Shown here one piece after another: positions 62,601 to 64,000 of a stretch of DNA of 64,000 bases. Numbering within the stretch: the stretch's first letter is position 1; each line of letters starts with the position of its first letter. Source of the stretch: Acanthaster planci (lineage: Eukaryota); contig NW_019091356.1 of assembly GCF_001949145.1 (NCBI RefSeq), positions 3,194,713-3,258,712 of the forward strand, read 5' to 3'. A model generated the notes under the pieces. The model saw only the letters and a program-made list of their open reading frames with translations, did no database searches and was not told the DNA's origin. A program made the position numbers and the translations under genes.

Positions 62601-64000
62601 TGTTGATATTTGTGGTATAAACAAAACTTCACGTAACTGGTGTGCTTTTTTTCCCCCCCTTTTTTCAGGAGGCAGCGATGGCTGGCGATCTGACAAGCAT
62701 AGAGCGGATCTTCCGTTTGAATCCCATCCTCCGTAACACGCCCCACCCCCTCAAGGCTCCCCTCCTTCCTCTACCCTATGGCATGATCGTCAGCTCCAGT
62801 AAGTTCCCAACTTGTCACCGCCATCATCCCTTTCATTGCTTACACGTGTTAATCGCGGCTAAGTTACGCCGCTGCTGAACTGTCAACGTAAAACAATGTG
62901 GAAAACTTAAGAACGTTAGCTGCCGTGTACTTGTACATGTTCATGCTGCCGCCAGAGATTTATTTCTTACATCAGTGAAATGAACTTACTTATAAAGAAG
63001 AAGCAGTTGCCCTCCCCCCCATTAAAGGGCAAAATTAATTTTGATATCAGGTAGGTTCAGTTCACTTATTGATGCCCCTGCTGGTTTTCTAAAGTTAGTT
63101 CATGACTCTACCCCAAGCGGACCAAGAGAGGAAGCAAATTTCCTTGCAATGGGGCACGTTTGATGGGAGCTGTACTTTGCTGGTTCACCAAACGACTGTG
63201 AACTGCATGCATTGCTGTTGTGTTGCTACTAGCCAACTGAACTCTCCCCACCAACATAGCTCTTTTCAACTCATGAGGGGGTGCTCCTGCTCAAGGTGGA
63301 TTTGATGAATATTTGCCCTTGTCAATTCCCAGGCCAAGAGAAGGGATACACGACACTGAACGATGAAGGGGTGAAAATCTTCAACTCTCTGCTGGGCTCG
63401 GAGAATCTGCCTGATCCTATGCCAGTGATCCAGGTATTAACCCACAGAGCTTGCCACCAGCTGTTGGTTAACTAGTCAGGAGTTTGGACCTCAATTAACG
63501 ATCCAGTTTGTCAGCACTGATTAGTAACCAGGAGTGATCAACTGGCTTATAACCTAAGTGACATAAAGAAGCTAGATATTTCTGACTATCCAAACTCATA
63601 GCATGCAACTTTTCCTCGGATCAGCTGATTTTCTCATTTTTCATTCACACTTAGGCCATTGAAAATTGAGAACACTTACAAAGTCTTGTGAAGAGTGGCA
63701 TTTCCTCGTTTTTGTCAAAATCCAAGTTGAGCTCCTGCTTTCCGTAGCTCGGCGACGAATAGGATAATGACTCCCCGTCCCAATTTTCATCTTCCGATTT
63801 TCATTCCGCTTCCCCTGCTGCAGGGCATCTTGCAAACGTGCCACGACCTGAAACCGCTCCGCGACGAGGTGTACTGTCAGATCATCAAGCAGACCACGGG
63901 GGTGACCGATCCGGACGGCCTGGGCAACCTGCGGAACTGGCAGATCCTGGCCTGCCTGTGCTGCAGCTTCCTACCCAGTCGCAACATCCTCCGATACGTT
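38557..64000 (+). CDS. MYO10: Unconventional myosin-X, multi-exon, 3'-partial (motor, 3 IQ, SAH/coiled coil, PH1-3, MyTH4 start)
   Basis: More than 30 phase-consistent exons. Motifs: P-loop GESGAGKT, switch [11 protein letters not shown], switch [30 protein letters not shown], split PH1 with inserted PH2 ([20 protein letters not shown]), PH3, MyTH4 ([13 protein letters not shown]). This domain order is diagnostic for class X myosin. Confidence 0.96.
39124..39368 (-). mobile_element. MITE, copy 2 (inverted relative to 37846)
   Basis: Perfect 21-bp TIR TAATTCCAGAAATTAGGGGTC...GACCCCTAATTTCTGGAATTA. Confidence 0.75.
40517..40704 (+). CDS. MYO10: MYO10 motor exon
   Basis: [43 protein letters not shown]. 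Confidence 0.95.
41829..41975 (+). CDS. MYO10: MYO10 motor exon (P-loop)
   Basis: [28 protein letters not shown]. Confidence 0.95.
42837..42961 (+). CDS. MYO10: MYO10 motor exon (switch I), ends at a U12-type donor
   Basis: [44 protein letters not shown]. Confidence 0.95.
42962..43378 (+). other. U12-type (minor spliceosome) GT-AG intron
   Basis: 5' site GTATCCTTT; branch point TTCCTTGAC at 43349-43357, 22 nt upstream of the AG. Confidence 0.9.
43379..43392 (+). CDS. MYO10: MYO10 14-nt microexon (YLLEK)
   Basis: ccAG|ATCTTCTAGAAAAG|GTAAGC; supplies the conserved YLLEK between IQD and NRVV and restores the frame. Confidence 0.92.
43785..43869 (+). CDS. MYO10: MYO10 motor exon
   Basis: [22 protein letters not shown]. 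Confidence 0.95.
43903..44143. mobile_element. Tandem dimer of a PIF/Harbinger-like MITE
   Basis: TAA|GGCTGCATCCGAA..TTCGGACACAGCC-CGA-GGCTGCATCCAAA..TTCGGACACGGCC|TAA; two ~119-bp near-identical units. Confidence 0.8.
44273..44376 (+). CDS. MYO10: MYO10 motor exon
   Basis: [34 protein letters not shown]. Confidence 0.92.
44499..44719. mobile_element. MITE with GGCCCAATTTCA TIR
   Basis: CAG|GGCCCAATTTCA...TGAAATTGGGCC|CAG (3-bp CAG TSD candidate); related ends near 53536 and 7970. Confidence 0.7.
44981..45110 (+). CDS. MYO10: MYO10 motor exon
   Basis: [32 protein letters not shown]. Confidence 0.93.
45307..45425 (+). CDS. MYO10: MYO10 motor exon
   Basis: [39 protein letters not shown]. 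Confidence 0.92.
45775..45921 (+). CDS. MYO10: MYO10 motor exon (switch II)
   Basis: [34 protein letters not shown]. Confidence 0.95.
46489..46579 (+). repeat. 42-bp tandem duplication
   Basis: GGGCAYCCTGGCCTTACGTACAAACCTAAGCTCTCCAGTACC x2 plus a partial third unit. Confidence 0.9.
46701..46868 (+). CDS. MYO10: MYO10 motor exon (relay helix)
   Basis: [43 protein letters not shown]. Confidence 0.95.
47206..47298 (+). CDS. MYO10: MYO10 motor exon
   Basis: [31 protein letters not shown]. Confidence 0.93.
47445..47596 (+). CDS. MYO10: MYO10 motor exon
   Basis: [28 protein letters not shown]. Confidence 0.95.
47977..48079 (+). CDS. MYO10: MYO10 motor exon (loop 2)
   Basis: [20 protein letters not shown]. 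Confidence 0.93.
48302..48516 (+). mobile_element. hAT-like MITE, copy 1
   Basis: CAGTGTTGTAGTTGAGACC...GACTACAACGTTG; TSD AACATTTG/AAAATTTG; interior is the reverse complement of the 51183 copy. Confidence 0.7.
48604..48684 (+). CDS. MYO10: MYO10 motor exon
   Basis: [27 protein letters not shown]. Confidence 0.95.
49164..49510 (+). CDS. MYO10: MYO10 exon, converter and IQ1
   Basis: [44 protein letters not shown]. Confidence 0.95.
49963..50017 (+). CDS. MYO10: MYO10 exon, IQ2 first half
   Basis: [27 protein letters not shown]. Confidence 0.85.
50114..50286 (+). CDS. MYO10: MYO10 exon, IQ2/IQ3 and start of the ER/K helix
   Basis: [51 protein letters not shown]. Confidence 0.9.
50484..50544 (+). 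CDS. MYO10: MYO10 exon, ER/K helix
   Basis: [20 protein letters not shown]; phase 2 to 0, required for frame. Confidence 0.88.
50886..51026 (+). CDS. MYO10: MYO10 exon, ER/K helix
   Basis: [31 protein letters not shown]. Confidence 0.88.
51183..51397 (-). mobile_element. hAT-like MITE, copy 2
   Basis: TIR CAGTGTTGTAGTCGAGACC...GGTCTCAACTACAGCACTG; perfect 8-bp TSD GTAATTGT; internal GGTCTTGTG repeats. Confidence 0.88.
51974..52174 (+). CDS. MYO10: MYO10 exon, ER/K helix / coiled coil
   Basis: [50 protein letters not shown]. Confidence 0.88.
53053..53097 (+). CDS. MYO10: Candidate 45-nt cassette exon of MYO10
   Basis: Long pyrimidine tract then gt[29 protein letters not shown]; phase 0-0. 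Confidence 0.6.
53694..53868. mobile_element. Full palindromic copy of the 9122 MITE family
   Basis: AATACTAGCGTTTCACAATAG...CTATTGTGAAACACCCGTAT, hairpin-like over its whole length. Confidence 0.7.
54718..54805 (+). CDS. MYO10: MYO10 exon, acidic linker and PH1 N-half start
   Basis: [30 protein letters not shown]. Confidence 0.88.
54914..54990 (+). CDS. MYO10: MYO10 exon, PH1 N-half
   Basis: [25 protein letters not shown]. Confidence 0.94.
55379..55437 (+). CDS. MYO10: MYO10 exon, PH2
   Basis: [20 protein letters not shown]. Confidence 0.94.
55618..55728 (+). CDS. MYO10: MYO10 exon, PH2
   Basis: [31 protein letters not shown]. Confidence 0.93.
55849..55947 (+). CDS. MYO10: MYO10 exon, PH2
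   Basis: [32 protein letters not shown]. Confidence 0.92.
56323..56472 (+). CDS. MYO10: MYO10 exon, PH2 end and PH1 C-half
   Basis: [34 protein letters not shown]. Confidence 0.93.
57084..57169 (+). CDS. MYO10: MYO10 exon, PH1 C-half
   Basis: [28 protein letters not shown]. Confidence 0.92.
57365..57636. repeat. Repeat with multiple GAAAAGTCATGGAA-like units (probable DNA-transposon end)
   Basis: About five AAAGTCRTG-type motifs, ending GGAACCCTG. Confidence 0.5.
57787..57950. mobile_element. MITE with CAGGGGTGAGATT TIR
   Basis: CAGGGGTGAGATT...AATCTCACCCCCTG with internal TTCAGCT repeats; TSD unclear. Confidence 0.6.
58048..58308 (+). CDS. MYO10: MYO10 exon, PH3 N-part
   Basis: [44 protein letters not shown]; ends in phase 1. 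Confidence 0.94.
59348..59535 (+). repeat. Degenerate (CCCTG/CCTTG/CCTAG)n pentamer repeat
   Basis: Low-complexity pentamer array ~220 nt upstream of cassette exon A. Confidence 0.8.
59754..59972 (+). CDS. MYO10: Candidate cassette exon A (73 codons, S/P/N-rich, polybasic end) inside MYO10 PH3
   Basis: Pyrimidine tract..aAG|CC..CGGG|GTAAGA; 219 nt, phase 1-1, open in the MYO10 frame; three TGCATG within 135 nt downstream. Confidence 0.65.
60839..61033 (+). CDS. MYO10: Candidate cassette exon B (65 codons, S/P/N-rich) inside MYO10 PH3
   Basis: CTAAC at 60781, pyrimidine tract, ctAG|GT..GAGG|GTATGT; 195 nt, phase 1-1, open in frame; five TGCATG within ~230 nt downstream. Confidence 0.7.
62265..62422 (+). 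CDS. MYO10: MYO10 exon, PH3 C-part
   Basis: [45 protein letters not shown]. Confidence 0.93.
62669..62798 (+). CDS. MYO10: MYO10 exon, MyTH4 N-terminal region
   Basis: [28 protein letters not shown]. Confidence 0.92.
63333..63433 (+). CDS. MYO10: MYO10 exon, MyTH4
   Basis: [25 protein letters not shown]. Confidence 0.92.
63824..64000 (+). CDS. MYO10: MYO10 exon, MyTH4 (truncated by window end)
   Basis: [44 protein letters not shown]. Confidence 0.94.

Overview
Intron-rich animal genomic DNA, probably a marine invertebrate deuterostome such as an echinoderm (inferred from gene content and abundant TACATGTA motifs; not proven). Two spliced genes lie on the + strand, reconstructed by hand with GT-AG boundaries and consistent intron phases. 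(1) The 3' part of an IGF2BP/IMP-family RNA-binding protein (RRM2 plus KH1-4; exons 61..11816) with a probable ~5 kb 3' UTR. (2) Most of an unconventional myosin-X (MYO10): putative non-coding first exon near 17.8-17.9 kb, ~20 kb first intron, then motor, 3 IQ, long ER/K helix, split PH1/PH2/PH3 and the start of MyTH4, running off the window end. Introns carry many small non-autonomous DNA transposons (hAT-, piggyBac- and PIF/Harbinger-like MITEs). The most notable signals are splicing-level: two paralogous phase-1 cassette exons inside MYO10 PH3 with downstream TGCATG (RBFOX) clusters, a U12-type intron followed by a 14-nt microexon in the motor, a 45-nt exon with a QKI element, and a 21-nt microexon in the IGF2BP KH3 variable loop. 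Nearly all ORFs in the supplied track are spurious or exon fragments. No prokaryotic-type system (CRISPR, operon) is present.
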